This document shows, piece after piece, positions 27,411-36,168 of a DNA stretch of 64,000 bases (its first letter is position 1; each line of letters begins with the position of its first letter). A program made the position numbers and the translations under genes. The notes beneath the pieces were generated by a model. The model worked only from the letters and a program-made list of their open reading frames with translations. It was not told the origin of the DNA and searched no databases. The stretch comes from Brevinematales bacterium (lineage in GTDB: Bacteria; Spirochaetota; Brevinematia; Brevinematales; Thermospiraceae): positions 273,245 through 337,244 of the forward strand of contig JAOADA010000001.1 in assembly GCA_026417555.1 (NCBI GenBank). Direction: 5' to 3'.

Positions 27411-27441
27411 AACGGGCGGTCCTCTGAAGGTACCGCCCGTT
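27411..27441. other. Strong isolated stem-loop in an intergenic region
   Basis: AACGGGCGGTCCT-ctga-AGG(T)ACCGCCCGTT. This gives a 13-bp stem with one bulged base. Confidence 0.5.
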
Positions 27442-27478
27442 AGCGGAGGTGCGATATATCTTTTCTTATTGACGATTG

Positions 27479-27505
27479 GTGCATAAATATATTATGCACT
27501 TTTTT
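27479..27505 (+). terminator. Orphan plus-strand rho-independent terminator (no annotated plus-strand gene upstream)
   Basis: GTGCATAA-atata-TTATGCAC followed by TTTTTT. Confidence 0.55.
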
Positions 27506-27671
27506 GAAAAAAGTCAAGTAAATTTTGGGTTTTTGCGTAAAAAAATTTTTTGAGAAACCAATGGGAGCAATAACGTAACGCGGCATATTTGTCTCAGAAA
27601 GAAAAAGAGAAAGAAGAGTTTTTTGCCAAGCAGATATTTTTTGGGTAGGGTGGGATTTCTTTGTGTCCTCT

Positions 27672-28622
27672 TTATTCAGCCAAGCGAAGAGCTACCTCAA
27701 TCGCGTTTGATAAACTTTTGGAAGAGGCAACACCTTTGCCTGCTATGTCGAATCCTGTGCCATGGTCAGGGGAGGTACGAACAAAGGGAAGCCCAAGGGT
27801 AACGTTGACCCCCTCTTCAAAAAAAAGCATCTTGAAGGGGGCAAGCCCTTGATCATGATATAAGGCAATCACCACCTGATATTTTCCGTGGAGGGCATGG
27901 TAGAAAACAGTATCAGCAGGGAGAGGTCCATCAATCGGGATACCCCGTTGTCTTAGTTCTTTCACGGCTGGAAGAAGGAGAGAATGCTCCTCCTTTCCCA
28001 GGAGTCCCCCTTCTCCCGCATGAGGATTCAATCCACAGATGGCAAGAAGACTGTGTTTTCCAAAGAGACGTTGGGCAAAAGTATAGGCCATTTCTCCTGT
28101 TTTTATCAGGTGAGAAACTGACAGAAGAGAGGGAACTTGTCGGAGAGGGACATGGATAGTCTCTAGGATTACCCCGAATTTTTCTCCCCAAAAAGCCATG
28201 CGATAGTCAGTTATCCCACATGATTGAGCAAGGAAAGAGGTATGATCCACAAAATTCCTATCCCAGTGGTGGACCGTACGTTTTGAGAGGGGGGCTGTGA
28301 CAAGGAGAGAAGAAACTCCTTGGTGGATGAGTTCTCTTGCTCTGAGAAGGGAGGTGTAGGCTATTTTTCCACCTTCTAGGGTTTCTTTTCCCCATGAGAG
28401 GGAAAAATTGACATCTTCAGCCACACAATCCCATAAGATATCTTCTCGAACAAGAAAAAACGAAAACCATTCTTTGATGGCAGGATGGGAGATGAGACGG
28501 TAACGGATATCGGGCCTCTTTTCCCTTTGCTTAAGGGCTGCGAGGACTATCTCTGGGCCAACCCCACAGGGATCACCCAGGGTGAGTATGATCTCTCGTG
28601 GTTGTTTTTCTCCTTTACTCAT
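27672..28622 (-). CDS. pdxA: 4-hydroxythreonine-4-phosphate dehydrogenase PdxA
   Basis: Start at ATG 28622 gives MSKGEKQPREIILTLGDPCGVGPEI. Motifs GLNPHAGE, YHDQGL and TSPDHGTGFDIAGKG are present. 8-nt overlap with the bactofilin stop. Confidence 0.9.
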   Translation of the reverse strand: MSKGEKQPREIILTLGDPCGVGPEIVLAALKQREKRPDIRYRLISHPAIKEWFSFFLVREDILWDCVAEDVNFSLSWGKETLEGGKIAYTSLLRARELIHQGVSSLLVTAPLSKRTVHHWDRNFVDHTSFLAQSCGITDYRMAFWGEKFGVILETIHVPLRQVPSLLSVSHLIKTGEMAYTFAQRLFGKHSLLAICGLNPHAGEGGLLGKEEHSLLLPAVKELRQRGIPIDGPLPADTVFYHALHGKYQVVIALYHDQGLAPFKMLFFEEGVNVTLGLPFVRTSPDHGTGFDIAGKGVASSKSLSNAIEVALRLAE

Positions 28623-28998
28623 GCTTTTTGTACAAATCAAGAATAGCGTCCTTGATGCCCATATCGGGACGGCTTGCGATGTGGAGGTTTCCCTCAAGCA
28701 TCACCCCGTTTTGGATCATGATCTCTGGGGTGCGGATATCTCCCAGTACGCGTGCCGTTGGCATAAGCATCACCCGATTCTTGGCTTTGATATTGCCTAT
28801 GACAATCCCCTCAATGATAATATTGGACCCTTCAAGGTTGGCTTTCACTCTCCCATTGGGGCCAATATAGATCTGATCCACCATGAGAAGAGAACCCTCA
28901 AAGCGTCCATCTATCTGAAGGGTGCCATTGATGAGCATCCTTCCTTCAAAATAGGACTTTTCTCCGATAACGGTATTTGCATCAACTCTTCCTGGCAT
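28615..28998 (-). CDS. Bactofilin (polymer-forming cytoskeletal protein)
   Basis: 127-aa ORF of repeated beta-helix units (IGEKSYFEGRMLINGTLQIDGRFEGSLL...IEGIVIGNIKA...). Confidence 0.9.
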   Translation of the reverse strand: MPGRVDANTVIGEKSYFEGRMLINGTLQIDGRFEGSLLMVDQIYIGPNGRVKANLEGSNIIIEGIVIGNIKAKNRVMLMPTARVLGDIRTPEIMIQNGVMLEGNLHIASRPDMGIKDAILDLYKKHE

Positions 28999-28999
28999 A

Positions 29000-29815
29000 T
29001 TACTCCTCTACTTTCGAAATATCTGGAATCTTAATATAATCAAGAAATTCCTCTACATATCTTGCCAAATCCTGCAAAGCCCGTTTGGCAGTCACTCCAT
29101 TTAATGAGCTGTCGGTACCCTCAATCTGGACAAGGGCTTCGGGTTCGAGGAGGGCCTTGCTTCCCTCTTCTTCTGAGGCGAAAATACTCTGGATGAATGC
29201 TTGAAGAGAGCGTAAGAATTTCCCCACCCTGAGGATAACATCCCGATACTGTTTGTTCTGGAGTTGGATCAATCGGGAACGGTATTCTTTATTGTTTGTT
29301 AACTCTGCATGGGCTATTTGATCGCTGATCTCTCCATACTCATTGACGACCTTGAGGGTATCATTGTACAGAGTATAGAACTGATCCCGCTGATAAGCGT
29401 GGCCATAATCTAACTTGAGGTTCTGTTCAGAGAGAAGGCCAAGGTACTCCAGCCCAAAAAAACGGAGATAACTCCAGATGGCATTGATTTCTTCATTCTT
29501 GGTATTTGGAGTAACAGGTTCAATCCGAATGTTGTTGAGTATTTTGTAGATGGCGTGTTTGTCGTGGACTCTTTCCTCAAAGGCTATTTCAAGTTCTTGC
29601 AATGAGATGCCATACCTTAAGAGGTCTTTTTCCTCGAATTGTCCTGTATCAAGTTTTTGAAGATCTCTGTCTATTTGTCTGAATGTCGTTTCCAACTCAT
29701 ATTTTTTGTTGTCGTCTTTTGTGGTTTTGTAGACAAGAAGAAGCTTCTTTCGGCTTTGTTCTATTCTCTCGGCGATATATTCTTTGGTGCCACGGATAAG
29801 ATCAGCTGTCTCCAT
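29000..29815 (-). CDS. Hypothetical alpha-helical protein, co-transcribed with bactofilin
   Basis: 271-aa ORF with GGAAGGAG RBS. Its stop is 1 nt before the bactofilin ATG. I recognise no family. Confidence 0.6.
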   Translation of the reverse strand: METADLIRGTKEYIAERIEQSRKKLLLVYKTTKDDNKKYELETTFRQIDRDLQKLDTGQFEEKDLLRYGISLQELEIAFEERVHDKHAIYKILNNIRIEPVTPNTKNEEINAIWSYLRFFGLEYLGLLSEQNLKLDYGHAYQRDQFYTLYNDTLKVVNEYGEISDQIAHAELTNNKEYRSRLIQLQNKQYRDVILRVGKFLRSLQAFIQSIFASEEEGSKALLEPEALVQIEGTDSSLNGVTAKRALQDLARYVEEFLDYIKIPDISKVEE

Positions 29816-29950
29816 GCTCCTTCCCCTTAGGTTTTATTCATTATATGATAAAAGAGGCTCGCTGTCAAATTTTTGAGGAAGTTTTTTGCAAAAGAAAAGA
29901 GGTATTTTATTATTATTCTTGATAAAATTATGAAAAATAAAAAACAAAAA

Positions 29951-30004
29951 TTCATCAAAAATTCATCGTATTTTCACCCGCAATTCACGGAGAAGGGGTA
30001 TACT
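29951..30004 (+). promoter_or_regulatory. Pho-box array (4 direct repeats, 11-bp period) plus -10 TATACT upstream of pstS
   Basis: TTCATC at 29951, TTCATC at 29962, TTCACC at 29973 and TTCACG at 29984, exactly 11 bp apart. TATACT at 29999-30004 has no separate -35, as in PhoB/PhoP-activated promoters. Confidence 0.7.
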
Positions 30005-30083
30005 TTATCCGCTCAAAACGTCTTTCTTGGGGAAATTTGACAGAAAAAAAGAAAACCCTTAATTTATAAAAGGAGGTTTTTCC

Positions 30084-31091
30084 ATGCGAAAAACATATCT
30101 CTTGGCAATGGCGATCATTGCCGCTCAGGTTTTTGGTGTTGATCTGAATGCTGCTGGGGCTACCTTCCCTGAACCCCTCTATGTGGCGATGTTTAAGCAG
30201 TATACCGTACATCGTGTGAATTATCAGGGTGTGGGATCAGGGGCTGGTATCAAGCAGCTCATCGCTCGTACAGTGGATTTTGCTGGTTCTGATGCTCCCC
30301 TTACCGAGGATGAGAAGAAGCAGGCTCCTGGTGAGGTTCTTCACATCCCCATGGCTCTTGGGGCTATTGTGATGGTGTACAATCTTCCTGGGAATCTCAA
30401 GCTTCGCCTTGACGGGGAGACAGTTGCCAAGATCTACCTTGGGCAGATTACCAAATGGAATGACCCTGCTATTTCCAATCTCAATCCTGGTGTAGCCCTC
30501 CCTGATCTCAACATTGTGGTTGTTCGTCGCTCTGATTCTTCCGGGACAACCTACAATTTCACTCTTTACCTCACCAAGATCAGCAAGGATTGGGAAAAGG
30601 AAGTAGGTACCAGTAAGGCTCCAAAGTGGCCTGTAGGTATCGGTGGCAAGGGAAATCCTGGTGTAGCAGCCTATGTGAAACAGGTTCCTGGGAGCATTGG
30701 GTACGTGGAATTTGCCTACGCAAAACAGAATGGTCTCTCGTATGCTCTTTTGAAAAACGCTGCCGGTGAGTTTATTGATGCTGCTGATCCTAAATCTTTG
30801 GCTGCCGCTATGACAACAGTGCCAGCCGATGGGATTGTAGATGTGGTGAATAGCCCTGCGAAGGGTGCCTATCCTATTGCGGCTACCACATGGATCCTTC
30901 TCTACAAGGATCTTTCTTATCTCAATGATGCTGCTCGTGCCAAGGCTATTGTAGATACCCTCTGGTGGATGACGCATGACGGTCAGAAGGTACATCCTAC
31001 TCTTGATTACGGTGCTCTTTCTCCTCAGGCGGTCAAGGTAGCAGAAACTCTTTTGAATTCGGTGGTCTTTAATGGAAAGAAAGTCCGTTAG
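30084..31091 (+). CDS. pstS: Phosphate ABC transporter substrate-binding protein PstS
   Basis: 335-aa ORF with AAGGAGG RBS and a signal peptide. GATFPEPLY, GVGSGAGI and RRSDSSGTT motifs. Confidence 0.95.
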   Translation: MRKTYLLAMAIIAAQVFGVDLNAAGATFPEPLYVAMFKQYTVHRVNYQGVGSGAGIKQLIARTVDFAGSDAPLTEDEKKQAPGEVLHIPMALGAIVMVYNLPGNLKLRLDGETVAKIYLGQITKWNDPAISNLNPGVALPDLNIVVVRRSDSSGTTYNFTLYLTKISKDWEKEVGTSKAPKWPVGIGGKGNPGVAAYVKQVPGSIGYVEFAYAKQNGLSYALLKNAAGEFIDAADPKSLAAAMTTVPADGIVDVVNSPAKGAYPIAATTWILLYKDLSYLNDAARAKAIVDTLWWMTHDGQKVHPTLDYGALSPQAVKVAETLLNSVVFNGKKVR

Positions 31092-31119
31092 TACATTGGT
31101 AAAAACCCGGGAGAAGGCT

Positions 31120-31998
31120 ATGGCCTTCTCCCGGATTGTGTTTTCATCTTCTCTCTGGTTCTCGGTGGGGTTTGTGGCTATTTTTATTCTCGCTACCCTC
31201 TTGAGTCTCTTTGTCTTTTCTCTTCCAGCCATTCTTCATAATGGGTGGAATATTTTTGTAGGTCGCGAATGGCATCCTGATGCCAATATTTTTGGTGGAT
31301 TGCCTTTTCTGGTTGGGACGTTTCTGACGGCTGTTTTGGCAATTGCTATTTCTCTCCCTTTTTCCATGGCACTAGCTATTTTCTTGGGAGAATATCAACC
31401 TGAAGGAGTATTTTCTTCTGTACTGAAAACGGCTGTGAAGCTTTTGGCGGGAATTCCCTCGGTGATCTATGGGATGTGGGGGCTTTTTGTTCTTGTCCCT
31501 CTCATTCAGAAGTGGCAAATCTCTTTAGTTTCTTTTGGGGTGGTGCCCTTGGGAGTGGGTGTTTTGACGGCAGCTCTTGTATTAGCGGTGATGATACTTC
31601 CCTATTCTACATCGCTTGCCTATGAAGTCATCCAGTTGGTTCCCCGAGACCTGAAGGAAGCGGCCCTTTCTCTCGGAAGTCCTCACTACAAGGTGATTCA
31701 AAAGATCATTTTGCCCTATGCCTCGTCGGGGATATTAGCGGGACAGGTTCTTGCTTTTGGGCGTGCGCTGGGAGAAACCATGGCGGTTACGATGGTGATA
31801 GGAAATCTTAATCAAATACCTACTTCGCTCTTTGCTGCGGGAAATACTATTGCCAGTGTGATTGCCAATGAGTATGCTGAGTCAACGGGGCTTCACACTA
31901 CCTCGCTTTCAGAACTAGGGCTTTTGCTTCTTCTTTTTACGATAGTGTTTAGTTTTGTGGGACAAAAGATTATCAAAGCCCTCTCGATGGAGAAGTGA
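31120..31998 (+). CDS. pstC: Phosphate ABC transporter permease PstC
   Basis: ATG after GGAGAAGG. Polytopic protein with an EAA-like loop (LKEAALSLGSPHYKVIQKIILP). Confidence 0.9.
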   Translation: MAFSRIVFSSSLWFSVGFVAIFILATLLSLFVFSLPAILHNGWNIFVGREWHPDANIFGGLPFLVGTFLTAVLAIAISLPFSMALAIFLGEYQPEGVFSSVLKTAVKLLAGIPSVIYGMWGLFVLVPLIQKWQISLVSFGVVPLGVGVLTAALVLAVMILPYSTSLAYEVIQLVPRDLKEAALSLGSPHYKVIQKIILPYASSGILAGQVLAFGRALGETMAVTMVIGNLNQIPTSLFAAGNTIASVIANEYAESTGLHTTSLSELGLLLLLFTIVFSFVGQKIIKALSMEK

Positions 31999-31999
31999 T

Positions 32000-32836
32000 A
32001 TGGATACCACAAAAATTCGGCTAAAAACCAATCTGATCAAAGACAAGATATTCTTGGGTGTTGTGTTTTTTCTCTCTCTTTTGGTTGTGATCCCTTTGGT
32101 ATGGATTATTGGCTATATTTTTCTGAGGGGAATAAAGGGATTAAGTCCGTTACTATTTGTGAAAGACCAAAACCAGGGAGGAATTTTGAATGCTTTGGTA
32201 GGGACATTTCTCATTACCGGTGTGGCTACTCTGATTGCTACTCCTATTGGGATTATGACAGGGATTTATCTTTCCGAGTACAAGAATCGCTTTTCTTCTT
32301 TCTTGCGAATGATTGTGGAACTTATCCAGAGTATTCCCTCTATTGTGATGGGGCTTTTGGCCTATATCTGGTTTGTCGTTCCCCTTCGTTCTTTCTCTGC
32401 CTTGTCGGGGGGTATTGCTCTGGCGCTTATTATGATTCCTGTCGTGGTAAAAAATACGGAGGAAAATCTTCGATTGATCCCCTCTATCCTCAAGGAAGCG
32501 GCCTATGCGTTGGGAGCTCCAAAACATGAGGTGATTTTTAAAGTCCTTATTCCTTGTTCCTTGAGTGGTATTACAACAGGGGTTTTGGTAGGTATGTCGA
32601 GAATTCTTGGAGAAACAGCTCCCTTGCTTTTTACGGCTTTTGGAGCCCGTATCCTTCATACCAACATTCTTAAGCCTATGGAAACGCTTCCTACTTTGAT
32701 ATTCAAGTATGCTACCTCTCCTGTGGATGAATGGATCTCTATTGCTTGGGCTACAGCCCTTATCCTGACAGTTACCGTTCTTCTTATAAATTTTCTGAGC
32801 ACGGTGATAGTCAAACGATGGAAGGTGAAGTTATGA
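32000..32836 (+). CDS. pstA: Phosphate ABC transporter permease PstA
   Basis: ATG 1 nt after the pstC stop. Polytopic protein with an EAA loop ([22 protein letters not shown]). Confidence 0.9.
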   Translation: MDTTKIRLKTNLIKDKIFLGVVFFLSLLVVIPLVWIIGYIFLRGIKGLSPLLFVKDQNQGGILNALVGTFLITGVATLIATPIGIMTGIYLSEYKNRFSSFLRMIVELIQSIPSIVMGLLAYIWFVVPLRSFSALSGGIALALIMIPVVVKNTEENLRLIPSILKEAAYALGAPKHEVIFKVLIPCSLSGITTGVLVGMSRILGETAPLLFTAFGARILHTNILKPMETLPTLIFKYATSPVDEWISIAWATALILTVTVLLINFLSTVIVKRWKVKL

Positions 32837-33588
32837 AACCACTTATTGAAGTACGTAATTTGAATGTTTTTTATGGTGAACAGCAAGCATTGATGTCGGT
32901 GTCACTTGATTTCTATCACAATAAGGTTCATGCGATTATGGGGCCTTCAGGGTGTGGGAAGACCACGTTGTTGCGTTGTCTTAACCGCATGCATGAGCTT
33001 GATCCAACGGTACGTGTTGAGGGAGAGATTGTTCTTGGTGGGGTGAATATCTTCTCTCTCTCTGCAATGCAGGTCCGTCGGATGACGGGGATGGTCTTTC
33101 AGAGGCCTAATCCCTTTCCTAACATGAGTATTTATGATAATGTTATTGCTGGCTATAAGCTGAACAACATACCCTTGAAACGGGATGAGGCAGATCAGAT
33201 TGTGGAGGAAAGCTTGAGGAAGGCTGCTCTCTGGACAGAGGTCAAGGATAAACTTCATAAACGTGGTACCTTTCTTTCTGGTGGACAACAACAACGCCTC
33301 TGCATTGCGAGAGCCCTTGCTATGAAACCCCAAGTGCTTCTTTTGGATGAACCTACCTCAGCCCTTGATCCTAAATCCACGAGCCATATTGAAGAATTGA
33401 TCACAGAGCTCAAGTCAACAGTTTCTATTGTTCTTGTTACCCATAACATAGCCCAGGCTGGTCGTGTCTCTGATTATACGGCTTTTATGTATTTGGGTTA
33501 TCTTGTGGAGTATGGTCCGACCGAGAAAGTGTTTACCGTCCCTGAAGACAAACGGACAGAAGAGTATCTCTCAGGAAAATTTGGATAG
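32833..33588 (+). CDS. pstB: Phosphate ABC transporter ATP-binding protein PstB
   Basis: ATGA overlap with pstA. Walker [10 protein letters not shown], signature LSGGQQQRL, Walker [12 protein letters not shown]. Confidence 0.95.
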   Translation: MKPLIEVRNLNVFYGEQQALMSVSLDFYHNKVHAIMGPSGCGKTTLLRCLNRMHELDPTVRVEGEIVLGGVNIFSLSAMQVRRMTGMVFQRPNPFPNMSIYDNVIAGYKLNNIPLKRDEADQIVEESLRKAALWTEVKDKLHKRGTFLSGGQQQRLCIARALAMKPQVLLLDEPTSALDPKSTSHIEELITELKSTVSIVLVTHNIAQAGRVSDYTAFMYLGYLVEYGPTEKVFTVPEDKRTEEYLSGKFG

Positions 33589-33598
33589 GAGAAAAACC

Positions 33599-34252
33599 AT
33601 GGCAGCAAAAGAAAAATTTGCCGATCTCAAGGCAGAGATTATCAAATATGCGACTCTTGTGGAGGAGATGGTAGACAAATCTATCACCTCTTTTCTCGAG
33701 AAGAATACATCATTGGCTGAGAGTGTGGTGGAATATGACGAGAGGCAAGCTGATATATGGGAGAACAAGTTGGATGAGGCCTGTATCAGTTTTATTGCTT
33801 TGTATCAACCTGAAGCCAAGGTACTACGATTTTCAATGATGATTTATAAAATGGCGAGTGATTTAGAAAGAATTGCGGATATTGCCACTAATATTGCCAA
33901 GGATGCGTGCTCTTTTTGTGAGTATGCGGTGAATTATCCTATGGAGCAGTATGAAAAGATGAAAAAACTCTCTCTTCAGATGTTACGTCAGGCTATCGAG
34001 GCGTTTGTCCAAGAGGATGCGGTGAAAGCTATGGAGGTAATTCAGGCGGATCGTGATGTGAATTCCCTTCGGGATACGATCAATCGTGATCTTATTGAGC
34101 ATATGAACAAAAAAGAAGACAATGTTCTCCCATGGATCATCATGCTTAGTGTATCACGTCACATCGAAAAAATTGCCGATATTACTACCAATATTGCTGA
34201 GGAAGTTGTCTATATCACGGAAGGAAGGGTGATCAAGCACCATCATCTCTGA
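33599..34252 (+). CDS. phoU: Phosphate signalling regulator PhoU
   Basis: ATG after AGGAGAAAA. Two PhoU repeats with the motifs DLERIADIATNIA and HIEKIADITTNIA. Confidence 0.9.
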   Translation: MAAKEKFADLKAEIIKYATLVEEMVDKSITSFLEKNTSLAESVVEYDERQADIWENKLDEACISFIALYQPEAKVLRFSMMIYKMASDLERIADIATNIAKDACSFCEYAVNYPMEQYEKMKKLSLQMLRQAIEAFVQEDAVKAMEVIQADRDVNSLRDTINRDLIEHMNKKEDNVLPWIIMLSVSRHIEKIADITTNIAEEVVYITEGRVIKHHHL

Positions 34253-34283
34253 ATGGTTTGCGAGAAAGGAAGAAATGGTCTTT

Positions 34284-34314
34284 GTGTGAGCGATAAGGCT
34301 TACACCTTTTCTTC
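34284..34314 (+). terminator. Possible rho-independent terminator after phoU
   Basis: 7-bp stem GTGTGAG / CTTACAC (one G-U pair), 8-nt loop, T-rich tail CTTTTCTTC. Confidence 0.35.
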
Positions 34315-34426
34315 ATGCGGGATTCTCTGGTACGCATGGGAAGTTGTTTTTTCTGGTTTGGAGAGGTGGGAAGCGAAAATCGTGTTCTTGTGGCTCCATG
34401 TGTTGTATATTTCCTTGTGGGAGTTC

Positions 34427-34454
34427 TCAATATTTCTTTTTTCTATGCCGATAA
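34427..34454 (+). promoter_or_regulatory. Possible sigma-28 (FliA)-type promoter TCAA-N16-GCCGATAA
   Basis: A perfect GCCGATAA -10 element at 34447-34454, 33 nt upstream of the ATG at 34488. The -35 is only TCAA with a 16-nt spacing. Confidence 0.3.
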
Positions 34455-34487
34455 CTATATACAGACCACCAAGAAAAGAGAGGCGCG

Positions 34488-35663
34488 ATGGCAATTACAG
34501 AGGCTATTTATCAGGACGAGAGAGAGATATTTAAGCATTTTTCTATTTTTTGTTCTAACAAAGTCAAGATGATCTTGCGCGAAAGAAATACTGAATTTGA
34601 GGCGACGTGCAAAGAGTGCAAGAATGGAGAGGTTATCTTTAGTTCGGTTACCAATCCTCATGGGCAATCGTTGGAAAATTACCGTATGCGTCCTCTTGAA
34701 GGGGAGATCTCTTTTGGTTCGGATACCTTTTTGTTTACTGCCTATCCTACTTCGGCAACCTCGATCTCTCTTCCGGATGTTCTTCGGAGTCACCCTAAAC
34801 GACGTTATCCCCGTATTATTGTGCAGGGAAATCCCTACATTTCAAAGATGTACACTATTGTGAGTGTTCGGGTTGTTGATCCTTCGATAGAGGACAATGA
34901 ACTTTCTCAAAAGATCCATTTGATTATGAGTACTATTGAGAGTAATCTGGTTCGTTCGGAAAATTATTCCTTGGCAAAAGTGACTCTCTATGATGGAACG
35001 GAGAAAAGCGTGATTGTACAGATGTTAAGAGAGTTTAAGAAACCATTTGTCGTCTTTAATACAGGAAATCTTGCACTCAAAGATGAGAATTATCTGACGT
35101 ATGATAATTATGTGAAATTTATGTCAGAAAAGGGAGCCACACGAGACGCTATCATGGCGAATTTGGACAAAATCAAGGATTTTTATATGAAGAATGGTAT
35201 CAAGAGTGAGATTATTGTTCCCCTTATTTTTGAAGAGGAAACCATCGGTCAGATTCGAGTAGCAACTCAGAAAGATTATATTAACAAGAGCCATATCATT
35301 CGATTGAATTCCTTGGCGGTCAATGCGATCGACAATCTTTTTATGAAGTGTTCTTTTGAGGTAGTGGCCAAGGAACCTCAACCAGTGATAGACCTTGGTG
35401 TTATGGGAATTAAGATCCTGATAACTGATCCGGATCTCTACAAGTATATTCGTCTTGGGAGAAGGGTATATGTCCAACTTTATTTTCCCGATGACACGCT
35501 GATCAAAACGATGGCCACAATTGTTAATGTTTATGATGATACCCCAGAGGGGCACAAACCAATTGGGGTGAAGTTGTCAAGTAATCTTGATTGGAAAGAT
35601 AAACGGAAACTTGAAGAGTTTATCCAGTCTGTGATCAGGTTGCAAAAAACGCAGCCTTCGTAA
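34488..35663 (+). CDS. Hypothetical protein with degenerate PilZ-like motifs
   Basis: 391-aa ORF with AGAGAGG RBS. KRRYPR is followed 22 aa later by DPSIED (RxxxR...DxSxxG-like). The C-terminal segment VIDLGVMGIKILI...VYVQLYFPDD...ATIVNVY resembles a PilZ beta-barrel. The assignment is tentative. Confidence 0.55.
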   Translation: MAITEAIYQDEREIFKHFSIFCSNKVKMILRERNTEFEATCKECKNGEVIFSSVTNPHGQSLENYRMRPLEGEISFGSDTFLFTAYPTSATSISLPDVLRSHPKRRYPRIIVQGNPYISKMYTIVSVRVVDPSIEDNELSQKIHLIMSTIESNLVRSENYSLAKVTLYDGTEKSVIVQMLREFKKPFVVFNTGNLALKDENYLTYDNYVKFMSEKGATRDAIMANLDKIKDFYMKNGIKSEIIVPLIFEEETIGQIRVATQKDYINKSHIIRLNSLAVNAIDNLFMKCSFEVVAKEPQPVIDLGVMGIKILITDPDLYKYIRLGRRVYVQLYFPDDTLIKTMATIVNVYDDTPEGHKPIGVKLSSNLDWKDKRKLEEFIQSVIRLQKTQPS

Positions 35664-35711
35664 GAATCTTGTGAAAGAGGGTCTTTGTATCTGGGTGTGA
35701 GGGATCTCTTT

Positions 35712-36167
35712 TTATTCACAAAGAGAGACACCTTCCTTTGCAAGGAGAATTTTTTTCAACAGAGGATCTGGGGTATATCCCCCTAGGTGATGGGGAAAGG
35801 TATGACTCACCACACGATGACAGGGTATCACCAGGGGAAAGGGATTGGTGGCAAGTGCCCTGGCGACAGCTCTGCTGGCTTGTGGATTACCAATGAGCAA
35901 GGCAATTTGTTTGTAGGTACGAACCTCTCCTCGAGGAATACGAACGACATGGGCAAACACCTTTTTCTGAAAAGGGGTGAGTTTGTCTGGGTTGTATGGG
36001 GGCCAAAGGACATCTTTACCTTCGAGGTAGTCTAAAAATATCTGGCAAAAGGGATGGGTGTCGTTTGTGTGGTGAAGAAGGGGGAGACACACCTCAATAT
36101 GCTGAAGGATGCCATCCTTTTCCTCGAAGAAGATAGTGAGAGAAGGGTGAGTGCACGACCATCTCAT
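35712..36167 (-). CDS. ogt: Methylated-DNA--protein-cysteine methyltransferase
   Basis: Start at ATG 36167, 1 nt after the upstream stop. Active-site PCHRVV and TYKQIALLIGNPQASRAVARA helix-turn-wing. Confidence 0.85.
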   Translation of the reverse strand: MRWSCTHPSLTIFFEEKDGILQHIEVCLPLLHHTNDTHPFCQIFLDYLEGKDVLWPPYNPDKLTPFQKKVFAHVVRIPRGEVRTYKQIALLIGNPQASRAVARALATNPFPLVIPCHRVVSHTFPHHLGGYTPDPLLKKILLAKEGVSLCE

Positions 36168-36168
36168 G

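Noticed and set aside
27243-27443. 66-aa ORF in the sigma/pdxA intergenic region
   Set aside because: Non-ATG start without an RBS. The product is acidic and low-complexity. The stop falls inside the 13-bp hairpin. It is more likely non-coding RNA or regulatory DNA.
27376-27450. SRP (4.5S) RNA-like string cgaaggaaggagg near a strong hairpin
   Set aside because: The hairpin loop is CTGA rather than a GNRA tetraloop, and the conserved domain IV internal-loop sequences (AGGUCAGG / AGCAGCC) are absent.
29985-30212. 75-aa minus-strand ORF
   Set aside because: It overlaps the Pho-box promoter and the pstS signal-peptide region antisense, with no support.
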